Translations under genes and position numbers: made by a program
The notes under the pieces: generated by a model
Databases searched by the model: none
What the model saw: only the letters and a program-made list of their open reading frames with translations
Told to the model about the DNA's origin: nothing
Shown here: positions 32,948 to 42,804 of the stretch, one piece after another
Layout of the letters: every line of letters begins with the position of its first letter
How positions within the stretch are numbered: position 1 is the first letter of the stretch
Source: Gammaproteobacteria bacterium
GTDB taxonomy: Bacteria > Pseudomonadota > Gammaproteobacteria > SpSt-1174
DNA: 64,000 nt
Assembly (NCBI GenBank): GCA_037388465.1
Contig: JARRKE010000001.1
Span: 7,667-71,666, forward strand
Direction of reading: 5' to 3'

Positions 32948-33706
32948 ATGAGAGTACGGCAAATAAAAACGGTGCAAGCCAAATTACGTCGTTACGGAGG
33001 AGTAATGATCTTCTTGGCGCTGGTGCCAGGCTATATGATCCCGGCGGCCGCCGCGGCCATGCCCGAGGGTGAACGTATCGCACACGGCAGCGACTGCTTT
33101 TCCTGTCACGCCGTGGATCATACCGTCGTCGGCCCAGCGTTTGAAGCGGTAGCCAAGCGTTTCGCCGGAAAGCCTGATGCGGTGGCTACATTGACCAAGG
33201 CCGTCAAGAACGGTCATGTCGGCACCTGGGGAAAAATCCCGATGCCGCCTCATCCCCAATTAAGCGATAAGCAGCTCACCACGGTGGTGCATTGGGTTTT
33301 GTCGCTGAAGGGTAATACCGCCGGCCAGGCTGTGTCGACGAACAGCAAAAAGACCCATACCTATACGGTGGATGGAAAGAAGGTCCACGTTTCCTTTGCG
33401 GTTTTCAAACCGGGAACCAAGAAGGTGACCAAATCCGTGTTCCGCGGTTATGAGCTGTTCAACTCCTACTGTTTCCGCTGTCACGGCCCGGATGCTTTGG
33501 GCGGGGAGTATGCGCCAGACCTGAGGCAATCTCTGGCCAACGGAATGACCGAAAAACAGTTTATAGATACCGCCATGGTCGGCCGTAAGGCGAAAGGCAT
33601 GCCGAGCTGGGCGGGTTTCTTTTCACCGAAGGAAATCAATGCGATTTATGAGTATGTCAAGGCGCGCAGCGTAAAGCTGGTGGCCGAGGGCCGTCCCCCG
33701 GAATGA
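32948..33706 (+). CDS. Dihaem c-type cytochrome (candidate XoxG-like electron acceptor)
   Basis: Two CXXCH motifs (CFSCH, CFRCH) and a signal peptide. ATG at 32948 with an AAGAGGTG RBS; the track starts at an in-RBS GTG at 32939. Confidence 0.7.
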   Translation: MRVRQIKTVQAKLRRYGGVMIFLALVPGYMIPAAAAAMPEGERIAHGSDCFSCHAVDHTVVGPAFEAVAKRFAGKPDAVATLTKAVKNGHVGTWGKIPMPPHPQLSDKQLTTVVHWVLSLKGNTAGQAVSTNSKKTHTYTVDGKKVHVSFAVFKPGTKKVTKSVFRGYELFNSYCFRCHGPDALGGEYAPDLRQSLANGMTEKQFIDTAMVGRKAKGMPSWAGFFSPKEINAIYEYVKARSVKLVAEGRPPE

Positions 33707-34161
33707 TGCCAGGGGATGCCTTGCCGGCAGGACCGGTGTCTCGTAACCGAGACGTGCTGTATGTCAGGGGAACCGTACCATGCATTTGAGTTCGTGTTCC
33801 CCGGCCCGAATGACGGACGTCCGCTGTCATGCATCGTAACCGCGCCACGAGGAATTGATTGTCAAACAGCCCCATTTCGTCACGCATATCCGTTTCATAA
33901 ATATGAGCCAGGTGATTAGCACGTAACGGCTATCCCTGGCTCGAAAACAAAGGCAGTAGTAACGCCATTGACGGTCGGGCCGCAGGTAATTTATCACGCT
34001 TATCCTGCGGCCCAATGGGGTTCCAAAGGGCTTAAGGCTCAGGATGGCCGAGATTTTCGCCCGTACACCGGGTACCGGACAAGGGGATCTTGTCTCCACC
34101 CCATAACCGGCGGCCATACACGTTTGACAGCCGCCGCCATTCAGTGTGGAGGTTATTGTAA

Positions 34162-35430
34162 ATGACTAAGCGTAGATATGTTGCCGCCGCCTTGGCGGGC
34201 GCCATCGCTTTGGGTTTGGCAACCTCGGCGGATGCGGTCAGCCTGCAGGCAGACCAATGGCAATTGGACGTGAACGGAAACGTGAACGGTTTTCTGGATT
34301 ACAACTCCTGCGATCATAGTGCGACATCCGTGGAAGGCGGTTTGGCGTGCAATACCGGCGTTGACGGCCACAATGTGACGTCGATCGAGTCCGGGCTGCT
34401 GCCGAGCGCCATCGTTTTCACGGTCAAGACCAAACAGGAAGGAATCGACATCGCGGGTACGATCGGATTCTATCCGGGTTTGAATACCTCGATTACCGGC
34501 AAGCGCGGGATCGGCAGCGGGGCCATCAACGTCAGGCAGAATTTCCTGACCTTCGGTACCCCGCAATTGGGAACCGTCAAGGTGGGGCGCGATCTGGGGC
34601 TGTTTCAGTCCGATGCGATACTCAGCGACATGACCCTGCTGGGCGTCGGTTCCGGCGCCGCATTCCTGGGCGGCAATACCACGCTCGGACGCATCGGTGT
34701 CGGGTACGTCTACGCCGACTGGATTCCGCAGATATCCTACAAGTCGCCAAAGTTTGGCGGATTCCAGTTCGCCGGCGGTATTTTCCAGCCATTCGAGCAA
34801 TATCCGTTCTCCGGGAACGACAACAGCGCCAAGATGAGCAGTATCAGCCAGCCCGGATACCAGCTGCAGGGTACCTACAGCTGGAAGGGGGCGGTGAGCG
34901 GCAAGGTCTGGACGGACTTCATGTGGCAGCGTAACGAGGCAAACGGCACCGATTCGAGTACGGCAGGTGGCACGATCCCCAACGGCGAAACCGTCGCTGC
35001 GGACGCATTCGATGTCGGCGGTAAGGCCAGCGCCAGCGTCGGACCGGGTACCCTGGGCGGTGTCGCAAGCTACTACAAGGGTTACGGTATCGGCACCACG
35101 GCCATCGGTTTCGACGGGGTGGCGTATGTCAACGGTCAGCTCGAAAAGCGCGATTCGGACGGCTGGTACGTGCAGGCGACCTATAAGATCGGCAAGCCCA
35201 AGTTCGGCCTGAGTTACGGCGAAAGCTCGCTCGATCTGGCCTCCAACGAAACCGCCGCGTCCAATCCGAATCTGGTCAAGAAGAACGATTCGGTGGTGGC
35301 GGGTTTGTATTATGGGCTGACGAAGTCGCTGCATACCGTGCTGGAATATTCGCATACCACGGCCAAGAATCAGGCGGGAGACAGCGTCAAGGATAATGCC
35401 GTCGCCGCCGGTGCAATCCTGTTCTTTTAG
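34162..35430 (+). CDS. Outer-membrane porin (Gram-negative general/anion-selective porin family)
   Basis: 422 aa. Signal peptide ending ADA, alternating amphipathic beta-strand pattern, C-terminal ..AILFF aromatic residue. GGAGG RBS. Confidence 0.6.
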   Translation: MTKRRYVAAALAGAIALGLATSADAVSLQADQWQLDVNGNVNGFLDYNSCDHSATSVEGGLACNTGVDGHNVTSIESGLLPSAIVFTVKTKQEGIDIAGTIGFYPGLNTSITGKRGIGSGAINVRQNFLTFGTPQLGTVKVGRDLGLFQSDAILSDMTLLGVGSGAAFLGGNTTLGRIGVGYVYADWIPQISYKSPKFGGFQFAGGIFQPFEQYPFSGNDNSAKMSSISQPGYQLQGTYSWKGAVSGKVWTDFMWQRNEANGTDSSTAGGTIPNGETVAADAFDVGGKASASVGPGTLGGVASYYKGYGIGTTAIGFDGVAYVNGQLEKRDSDGWYVQATYKIGKPKFGLSYGESSLDLASNETAASNPNLVKKNDSVVAGLYYGLTKSLHTVLEYSHTTAKNQAGDSVKDNAVAAGAILFF

Positions 35431-35562
35431 GGTGGGTACGTGCTCCATTGGGCACAATTTGGACGGTGGCGCCTGCGGGCGCTGCCGTCTCGTTTTTTCA
35501 AATTCTCATCGGGCCGGCGCCGTCATCTATCTGCCGGTATCGAAAAACCCGGTTGCCATACC

Positions 35563-37797
35563 ATGCTGATTCGGCGCCTGCCCCAATGTTTCATGTTCGC
35601 CGCCTTGGCGGCATTGTGGGTTCCGGCCATGGCTGCCAACGGTACCTCGGTAATGTCTATCGACGTGACCACGTCGCGACCGGGCATACCCGGAATCGGT
35701 GTCGACTCAAGCCAGCTGCCGTTCGGTGTGCAGACTCAGAATGCAGCCGCCATCCGCAAGCAGGAACCGTTGAACGCCTCGAAGTTCCTCAGCGACAACC
35801 TCAATGGCGTGACGGTCAATGACGCCCAGAACAATCCCTATCAGCCGGACATCAGTTTTCGCGGGTTTACCGCCTCACCTGTGCTTGGAACGCCCCAGGG
35901 GCTGTCGATATACGTCGACGGCGTGCGCGTGAACGAACCCTTCGGCGATGTAGTGAACTGGGATCTGATCCCCGAATCGGCCATCGAATCCGTGAGCATG
36001 GTGCCGGGTTCGAATCCGATGTTCGGTCTGAATTCCCTGGGCGGTTCCGTGGTGGTGACGACCAAATCCGGGGCCGATTTTCCGGGCGTGGCGGCGAAGG
36101 TCTTTGGCGGCTCGTTCGGGCGTTACGGCCTGCAGGTCGAGGGCGGCGGAAGCAGCGGCCGATACGATTATTTCGCGACCGTCAACGGTGTACACAGCGA
36201 CGGATGGGCGGAGCACAATCCGAGCGACGTGGCGCAGGCGTTCGCAAAGGTCGGCTATCGCGGTGCGCGGACCAAATTGAACCTGAGCATCACGAGCGCC
36301 GACACCCGCCTGAGTGGTGCCCAGACATTACCCCTGGCGATGCTGGACAAACCCCGCCAGTCCTATACCTGGCCGGACTATGCCACGCATCATCTGCTGT
36401 TTCTCAATACCACCGGACGTCATCAGTTTAGCGATGCACTGGCCTTGGCCGGAAACGTGTATTTCCGGCGTCTGGATTCGGGCGAGCTGGACAGTAACGT
36501 CAATGATGCATTCGATTCCTTGCAGCCTGTAAGCGCCGCTAACAGCCCGGGCCTGAACGACCGCTCAAACACTAAGGAAAACGGTTATGGGGGTACATTG
36601 CGCCTGATCATTCACCAGGGTGGAAAATCCATCCGCAGCAGGCTGGTGCTGGGCGGGACCGCCGACCTGGCCGATACGGATTTCAATCAGAAGGAACAAC
36701 CCACACAGATAACATCCGCGCGTGAAACCGTGGGTTTCGCGCCATATGTGTTGCAAACGCGGCTGACGGCCCGCAATCGTTATTACGGACTTTATGCCTA
36801 CGACACACTGGGATTGGGAAAGCGTACGACGCTGACGTTGGCCGGGCGATACAACTGGGCCCATGTCCGCCTGCTGGACAAGCTCGGAACGGCGCTCAAC
36901 GGCGAGCATGATTTCTCGCGTTTCAATCCGGCCGTGGGATTGAATATCACGCCACGACGCGGCCTGGATACTTATGTCAGCTACAGTGAGGGTATGCGCA
37001 CACCCACGCCGGTCGAGTTGACCTGCGCCGACCCGAATGCGCCGTGTACGCTGCCGAACAATTTCCTCTCGGACCCCGGATTGCGGCCGGTGATATCAAA
37101 GACCTGGGAACTGGGCGCGCGCGGCCGCCTCAATGGTGGATGGCGTTGGCATTCGGCGCTGTACCGCACGGATCTGCATGACGACATCGAGTTCATCAGT
37201 CTTAACGGTTTGCAAGGCTATTTCCAGAACGTACCGGAGACGCGCCATCAGGGCGTGGAGCTGAGCATTAACGGCGCCATCGGCCGCCTTGGGCTGACCG
37301 CCCAGTACACCTACACCGATGCCACCTTCCAGGCGGCGTTTACCGAGGCGAGTCCGGATAACTCCAGTGCCGACGGTAGCGGGCTGATCACGGTGCAGCC
37401 CGGTGATCACGTGCCGGGTATTCCGCCGCATGTTTTCAAACTACGTCTTTCCTATCCATTCACGGGCCGGCTGCGCGTAAGCACCATCATCCAGGCCCAG
37501 TCAGGCCAATATGCCCGCGGCGACGAAAACAACCGCGATGTACATGGCAAGGTGCCCGGTTACGTGGTGGCCGGCCTGGATGCCAGCTATCGCGTGGCGC
37601 GGCGCTGGCGGGCCTTCCTGCAGGTGAGCAATCTGTTCGACACCAAGTACTATTCGCTCGGTGTGTTGGGGGCGAACGATTTTACCGGCCCCGGCGGCAG
37701 TTTCGATCCGGCCGGGGGGGAGTCGACGCAATTCCGTTCCGTGGGGGCCCCTTTCGGGGCCTGGCTCGGAGTCCGCTACTCTTCGCAGCTGCTTTAG
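35563..37797 (+). CDS. TonB-dependent outer-membrane receptor
   Basis: Signal peptide, N-terminal plug region (including NPYQPDISFRGF .. VRVNEPFGD), 22-strand barrel. C-terminal aromatic-containing barrel strand (..WLGVRYSSQLL). Start at the ATG at 35563; the track starts at 35440. Confidence 0.8.
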   Translation: MLIRRLPQCFMFAALAALWVPAMAANGTSVMSIDVTTSRPGIPGIGVDSSQLPFGVQTQNAAAIRKQEPLNASKFLSDNLNGVTVNDAQNNPYQPDISFRGFTASPVLGTPQGLSIYVDGVRVNEPFGDVVNWDLIPESAIESVSMVPGSNPMFGLNSLGGSVVVTTKSGADFPGVAAKVFGGSFGRYGLQVEGGGSSGRYDYFATVNGVHSDGWAEHNPSDVAQAFAKVGYRGARTKLNLSITSADTRLSGAQTLPLAMLDKPRQSYTWPDYATHHLLFLNTTGRHQFSDALALAGNVYFRRLDSGELDSNVNDAFDSLQPVSAANSPGLNDRSNTKENGYGGTLRLIIHQGGKSIRSRLVLGGTADLADTDFNQKEQPTQITSARETVGFAPYVLQTRLTARNRYYGLYAYDTLGLGKRTTLTLAGRYNWAHVRLLDKLGTALNGEHDFSRFNPAVGLNITPRRGLDTYVSYSEGMRTPTPVELTCADPNAPCTLPNNFLSDPGLRPVISKTWELGARGRLNGGWRWHSALYRTDLHDDIEFISLNGLQGYFQNVPETRHQGVELSINGAIGRLGLTAQYTYTDATFQAAFTEASPDNSSADGSGLITVQPGDHVPGIPPHVFKLRLSYPFTGRLRVSTIIQAQSGQYARGDENNRDVHGKVPGYVVAGLDASYRVARRWRAFLQVSNLFDTKYYSLGVLGANDFTGPGGSFDPAGGESTQFRSVGAPFGAWLGVRYSSQLL

Positions 37798-37823
37798 TCG
37801 CTCCCCCCCGTGCGGGGCGGCAT

Positions 37824-38132
37824 CTACGCGTCTTTCGTATCGTAGATCAACACGGTTGCACCGCCGGTGGCGAAATTGGCGAGATCGGCCACGGCAGTGC
37901 CGCCTTCCTTGGAGCCCAGTCCGGCCTTGATCGCATCCACCGAGTCGAACGACAGCTCGGCGATCAGATGATAGGGGGCGGGACCATCGGGTGTGCTGAC
38001 CGTGCCATCGCTGATTTCATAAGCGCGCAAACCGGGGATGTTTTTCGCCAGCGGGATGTGGACGTCGTCATAGTGTGTGTCGAATGCCGCCGGGTCTTCG
38101 GGCGTGTGATACAGAACCATTAATGTCGCCAT
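37824..38132 (-). CDS. EthD-like / dimeric alpha-beta-barrel small protein (function unknown)
   Basis: ~102 aa from Met at 38132 (MATLMVLYHTPEDPAAFDTHYDDVHIPLAKNIPGL..). Resembles the EthD/YciI-like stress-protein fold family. Weak call. Confidence 0.45.
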   Translation of the reverse strand: MATLMVLYHTPEDPAAFDTHYDDVHIPLAKNIPGLRAYEISDGTVSTPDGPAPYHLIAELSFDSVDAIKAGLGSKEGGTAVADLANFATGGATVLIYDTKDA

Positions 38133-38512
38133 GGATCGATGCTCCTTGGTTGAGTGCGGACAGATAAACAAGATGGCCTGCACTGGACAGGTTGTCAGTG
38201 CCCGCGGGTGATGGCGGACGTTCCCGGCTCGTGCAGAGCTTCACTCTCCTGTAAGGCAAGTACTGTGCCGCTCAGAGGTGGATCGTCGGAATCGGTTTCC
38301 GGACTGTGGGCGGGATCATTTGCCGCTGCAGATCCTGGCGTGGGCGATGTCCCGGAATTGACACACTGTGCTACTCCCGGGAGGTGTGTTCGTGAAGGCA
38401 ACGGCCGTAAATCGTATCCGGAATCGTATACCGGTCGCCGTCGACGCTGTCTTGTCCTTCAAAACGATCCCCTGTCGCGTATGCAGCGGGACTGTATGGA
38501 TACCAAGTGCTT

Positions 38513-38527
38513 TGGCACGAACATTGC
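38513..38527 (+). promoter_or_regulatory. Consensus sigma-54 promoter upstream of exbB-exbD-tonB
   Basis: TGGCACG-AACA-TTGC (GG/GC spacing exact), ~155 nt upstream of the exbB ATG. A tandem direct repeat AATCGTATCCGG / AATCGTATACCGG at 38409-38434 lies ~90 bp upstream, a possible enhancer-binding site. Confidence 0.5.
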
Positions 38528-38681
38528 CCCTACACCTGCATAACAGTGAGTAGATCACCGATGCATCCGTTGTGGCCGTGGTTGCTGATGGCAGAGGATG
38601 TGTCGGCGAATGTCGCATTGCTGTCCGGAAGGTGTCAGGGACGCAGCCTGTTCCGGGCCTGTTCAATTACAGGAGGCGTGG

Positions 38682-39362
38682 ATGACCCTGCAGACGGTGG
38701 AATACGTGGCGAGCATGTCGGGCGGCATTCTTTATGTGATAGGCGTGCTGTCGCTTATTGCGCTGACCGTGATCGTCGAGCGCAGCTGGGCACTGACCTG
38801 GGCGGCACGTACAGGTAACGCCCTGTGCGCGCAGTTGAGCGCCGTGCCCAGTCTCAATGCGCCCGCTCTGGATGCGTTGCTGGAGCGATACGGGCGTTCC
38901 CCTTACGGCGCTCTGCTGGAGATTGCGAAAACTGCGGCGGGAAAGCAGTCCGGCAACTCATTGTCGGTGACCCTGGATGAAGCGCTCATGCTGCAGATTC
39001 CCAAGGTGGACCGTGGCCTGTGGCTGCTGGATACCGCCGTTACGCTGGGTCCCCTGCTGGGCCTGCTGGGGACCATTATCGGCATTTTCTCTTCTTTCAA
39101 GGCGCTGGGAAACCTGAGCGCGGTACCCACCCAGGTAACGGGTGGTGTCGCCGAGGCGCTGATCGCCACGGCTGCCGGCCTGGTGGTCGCCATCATCGGT
39201 CTGGTTTGTTTCAACGGACTGCAAAAGCGCGTGCGTCTGGTGGTTCATCACCTGGAAACGGTGAAGCTGATGCTGGAAAACCGGCTGGCCGAAACACCGA
39301 TCGCCGCACCGCAGACGGCTTCGCTGTCCCTGCGTAACGGAACCGATGGGGGGGCTTTTTAG
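38682..39362 (+). CDS. exbB: MotA/TolQ/ExbB proton-channel protein
   Basis: Three-TM MotA/TolQ/ExbB pattern. AGGAGG RBS 6 nt before the ATG at 38682. The track ORF starts at 38598. Confidence 0.85.
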   Translation: MTLQTVEYVASMSGGILYVIGVLSLIALTVIVERSWALTWAARTGNALCAQLSAVPSLNAPALDALLERYGRSPYGALLEIAKTAAGKQSGNSLSVTLDEALMLQIPKVDRGLWLLDTAVTLGPLLGLLGTIIGIFSSFKALGNLSAVPTQVTGGVAEALIATAAGLVVAIIGLVCFNGLQKRVRLVVHHLETVKLMLENRLAETPIAAPQTASLSLRNGTDGGAF

Positions 39363-39773
39363 ATGCGCTACTTCGACGAACGCAAGGGGCGTGTGGAAAT
39401 CATCCCCATGATCGACATTATGCTGTTCCTGCTGGTGGTGTTCATGATGGTCACTTTTAGGATGATTCCGGCCAGCGGCATCGGTTCTCAACTGCCGAGC
39501 AGCGAGACGGCGAAGATCATGCCGCGACCCTCGGTGGTCGTTTCCTTGCTGGCTGACGGGAGCGTGCGCGTTCATGGCCAGGTCATGACGCCGCCCGAGC
39601 TGGCGCAATGGCTGAAAGGCCGCGATCCGGCCAAAACGACCGTTACCATCGCGGGTGCGAAAAACGCCACCGTACAAATGATGTTGCGGGTTCTGGACGC
39701 CTGCCGCGAGGCGGGCATGACGCATATCGGGATTGCTGCGCGTCCCGTGGGTGCAGCCAACAATGCCGGGTAA
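39363..39773 (+). CDS. exbD: Biopolymer transport protein ExbD/TolR
   Basis: 136 aa. Single N-terminal TM (IIPMIDIMLFLLVVFMMV) plus periplasmic domain. Starts 1 nt after the exbB stop. Confidence 0.85.
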   Translation: MRYFDERKGRVEIIPMIDIMLFLLVVFMMVTFRMIPASGIGSQLPSSETAKIMPRPSVVVSLLADGSVRVHGQVMTPPELAQWLKGRDPAKTTVTIAGAKNATVQMMLRVLDACREAGMTHIGIAARPVGAANNAG

Positions 39774-40473
39774 CCGGTACCATCCGTGTCGGCCACGTGA
39801 ACTTTCCATCCCGCAGGCCTTCGCCGTTGCGCTGTTGATTGAAAGCCTGTTCACCGTCACGGCGTTGCGCCTCGTTCCGCAACGTGAACCGCACATACCA
39901 GCACCGACGCCGGTTCCGTTCACGGTGACATTGGCACGCTTGCAGCCGGCGGCACCCCATATACCCAAACCAGCCCCCGAGCCGCCCAGGCAACATCCCA
40001 AGGTTCATCACAGGGTGCATCATCCCAAACCGATAACGCACCATCATTCCAATCCGCCGCCGGCGGTAAAACACCTCAAGGCACCCAAACCCGTGCCGAA
40101 GGCGGTGCAGAAACCCGCACCGGCACCGCCTGCACCCCCGGCGCCAGCCGTCCATGCGGCCAGGCCGTCGCCTCAGACCCTGGCACGCATGACCGTCACG
40201 TTCAAGGATGCGGTCCGTTCCGCAGTGAAAAGTGCCGTGCACTATCCACGTGCTGCACAGGTCATGTCCATCGAAGGGGCGACCGAAGTGGGATTCGAAT
40301 ATCAGGATGGTGCTGCCCGCCATGTGCGGGTGGTCCGTTCGAGCGGTTCGCCGATTCTCGATCAGGCCGCACTGAACGCGGTGCGTCATGCCAGCCTGCC
40401 GGCTGCACCTGCGGCGTTGAACGGCCAGATCCTGAAATTCAGGATCTGGCTGCGCTTTCACTTCAACGGTTAA
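39763..40473 (+). CDS. tonB: Energy transducer TonB
   Basis: N-terminal membrane anchor, Pro-rich spacer (PAPTPVP..PKPAPEPP..KPVPK..PAPAPPAPPAPA), TonB C-terminal domain. ATG at 39763 overlaps the exbD 3' end by 11 nt. Confidence 0.8.
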   Translation: MPGNRYHPCRPRELSIPQAFAVALLIESLFTVTALRLVPQREPHIPAPTPVPFTVTLARLQPAAPHIPKPAPEPPRQHPKVHHRVHHPKPITHHHSNPPPAVKHLKAPKPVPKAVQKPAPAPPAPPAPAVHAARPSPQTLARMTVTFKDAVRSAVKSAVHYPRAAQVMSIEGATEVGFEYQDGAARHVRVVRSSGSPILDQAALNAVRHASLPAAPAALNGQILKFRIWLRFHFNG

Positions 40474-40577
40474 GGCGGTAAACGAAGCAGGACACTGGCA
40501 TCAAGGATTGCTTTGCAGATGCGTTGTCGATGCAGTGTCATGCATAAGAATCGACCGGTTTGCTTATATCGCGTTTT

Positions 40578-42686
40578 TCAGAAGCTGGCCTGTGCGGTCA
40601 CGCCAATCATGTAGTTGCGTCCCGGCGCCGGTTCGAAGTAGCGATGATTATGATCGGCGATGATGACGGCGCCGACATACTTTTTGTCCAATAAATTGTT
40701 CACGCGTACGAATTCATTGAAGCTCACCCGCTCCGCCGGGGATTGCTTGAGACCGGCCGCCCAGTCCATGACGCCGTAGCCGTCCGCCGCATCCGAGTTC
40801 TGGTCGTTCACGTACACCTTGCTGCGCAGCTGGCCGTCCAGCATGGTATAGAACCCGCTGTTGGGATCATGCCAGCCCAGTTGTGCGTACACGTTGGTGG
40901 CGGGCGCGCCCGGTAGCTGGTTTCCCTTGATGGCGCCGTCCTCGAAACGGGCGTGGAGGTAGCTGTAGGCCAGATAGGCGTCGATATGATGGCGCAGGTG
41001 GCTGTCGATACTGAGTTCCGCCCCATCGCGATTGGTGGCGCCGTCGTTCTTGTAACTGGTCCTGCCGCCCACCGACTGGGCAACCACGATCTCGTCCACG
41101 GTATGGATGTGGAACGCGGCCAGCTTCAATTCCGTATTCAGGGTGGCGAAGCTCTTGATGCCCACTTCGTAGTTGCGGCTGGTCGAGGGCTTGAGGTCGA
41201 AGTTCAGGCCGGATCCACCGCTGGGTTTGTAGGCCAGCTGCGAGAACGTGGGGGTTTCGAAACCTTGCCCGTAGTTGGCATAGAGATGCAGGCGCGGACG
41301 CAGTTTGTAGAGGATGCCTACGACCGGACTGGTGTGTGAGTAGCTGACGTAGCCGCTGTCGTTGGGATTCGTGGTGGTGATGAAGTGATCCTTGGAGTCG
41401 AAGTGGACCATGCTGTGGCGCACGCCGACGGTCGCCGACCAGCGTTTGGTGAACTGCCATTCGCCCTGCAGGTATTCATCGACGTTGTATGCGACATCAT
41501 TTTCATCGCGTCGCAGCACGCCGATGCTGCCGTAATCGTTTACGTAACCCTTGCGAAGGTCGGTCATGGTGCCGTAGTTCACCCCGGCGACCCAGGTGAA
41601 GGGCGATTGCATCAATGTGCCCTGATGCGTCCAGCGCGCATCGGTGCCGGCGAAGCTGCGATGCAGGTCCACGACGCCGCCGGAAGACAGGCCGAAGCTG
41701 CCGGTAAACGGCAAGAACTGCTGCACGCGGCGGTTGCCGCCGTATCCGAGCAGGCGTATGGCATTGTGTGCATCGATTTTGTGCTTGATGACCACGCCGG
41801 TTTGCCAGTGACGCAACGTCTTGCGCGAGTTGAAGGTGTAGGCGACCGGTACGGCCTGGGTCGGGTCACTCTCGTATTCGCTGCGCGTAAGGCCGAGCGG
41901 GTCCTGGACGTTAGGCTGGTCCAGGGTGTCCACCAGCAGGGTCACGCTGGTTTTGTCGCTTGCCTGGTAGCGGAATTTTCCGTTGAACTGGTCGCGGCTG
42001 GCCTTGCTGTGATCCCGATAGCCGTCGGTGCTGAAGTGCGACAGGTCCGTCATGTAATTGAGTTTTCCCACCTGGCCGCCGAATTTAAGACCCGCGCGAT
42101 AGGAGTTGAAGCTGCCCACCCAGAAGCTGGGTGTAAGGGTGGGACGGGGCGGTCCGTCCTGCGTGAAGACCTGGATCACACCGCCGGAGGCATTACCGTA
42201 CAGGGCCGAGAACGGGCCACGCAGCACCTCGATGCGCTGTGCCGAGCCGAGATCGAAAATGGCCGAATAGCCCTGGCCGTCCGGCATGGTGGCGGGTATG
42301 CCGTCGACGATCATGCGTACACCACGGATGCCAAACGGCGTACGGGCTCCGAAACCCCGCGATGAAATCTGCAACCCCTGGGCATAGTTCTGCCGGTCCT
42401 GTGCGACAAGGCCGGGAACGCGCGCCAGGCTTTCCGACAGGTTCACCATCGGCTGTGCTTCCTGAATCTGGGTCTGGTTCACGCTGCTGATCGACACCGG
42501 CAGGTCGTAGCTGGATTGAGGGACACGCGTCGCCGTAACCACGATGGGGCTGAGCGGCACGGTGTTGTCTGCTGCGGTCGCGGTGCCGGCGGTGGCCGCC
42601 AGCAGCAGCGCCACGAGCAGGCGGGGGCGGTAAGGCACGGTTAGCGCACAGGGCGTCGCTAGCATACTGTCGGTCGGGCCCGTCAT
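40578..42686 (-). CDS. TonB-dependent outer-membrane receptor
   Basis: ~702 aa from the ATG at 42686 (AAGGAG RBS). Signal peptide, TonB box PIVVTATR, plug and barrel, C-terminal ..TAQASF. The track starts at 42713. Confidence 0.85.
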   Translation of the reverse strand: MTGPTDSMLATPCALTVPYRPRLLVALLLAATAGTATAADNTVPLSPIVVTATRVPQSSYDLPVSISSVNQTQIQEAQPMVNLSESLARVPGLVAQDRQNYAQGLQISSRGFGARTPFGIRGVRMIVDGIPATMPDGQGYSAIFDLGSAQRIEVLRGPFSALYGNASGGVIQVFTQDGPPRPTLTPSFWVGSFNSYRAGLKFGGQVGKLNYMTDLSHFSTDGYRDHSKASRDQFNGKFRYQASDKTSVTLLVDTLDQPNVQDPLGLTRSEYESDPTQAVPVAYTFNSRKTLRHWQTGVVIKHKIDAHNAIRLLGYGGNRRVQQFLPFTGSFGLSSGGVVDLHRSFAGTDARWTHQGTLMQSPFTWVAGVNYGTMTDLRKGYVNDYGSIGVLRRDENDVAYNVDEYLQGEWQFTKRWSATVGVRHSMVHFDSKDHFITTTNPNDSGYVSYSHTSPVVGILYKLRPRLHLYANYGQGFETPTFSQLAYKPSGGSGLNFDLKPSTSRNYEVGIKSFATLNTELKLAAFHIHTVDEIVVAQSVGGRTSYKNDGATNRDGAELSIDSHLRHHIDAYLAYSYLHARFEDGAIKGNQLPGAPATNVYAQLGWHDPNSGFYTMLDGQLRSKVYVNDQNSDAADGYGVMDWAAGLKQSPAERVSFNEFVRVNNLLDKKYVGAVIIADHNHRYFEPAPGRNYMIGVTAQASF

Positions 42687-42804
42687 GGAACATCTCCTTC
42701 CTTTGTCAGTCATTTCGTTATGTTGGTGTCAGGATCGGTGTTGCGTCATCACGTTGCGGCATTAAGCGTGCTGCTTTGGCCGTATCGTTTTTTGGGATTT
42801 GGTT

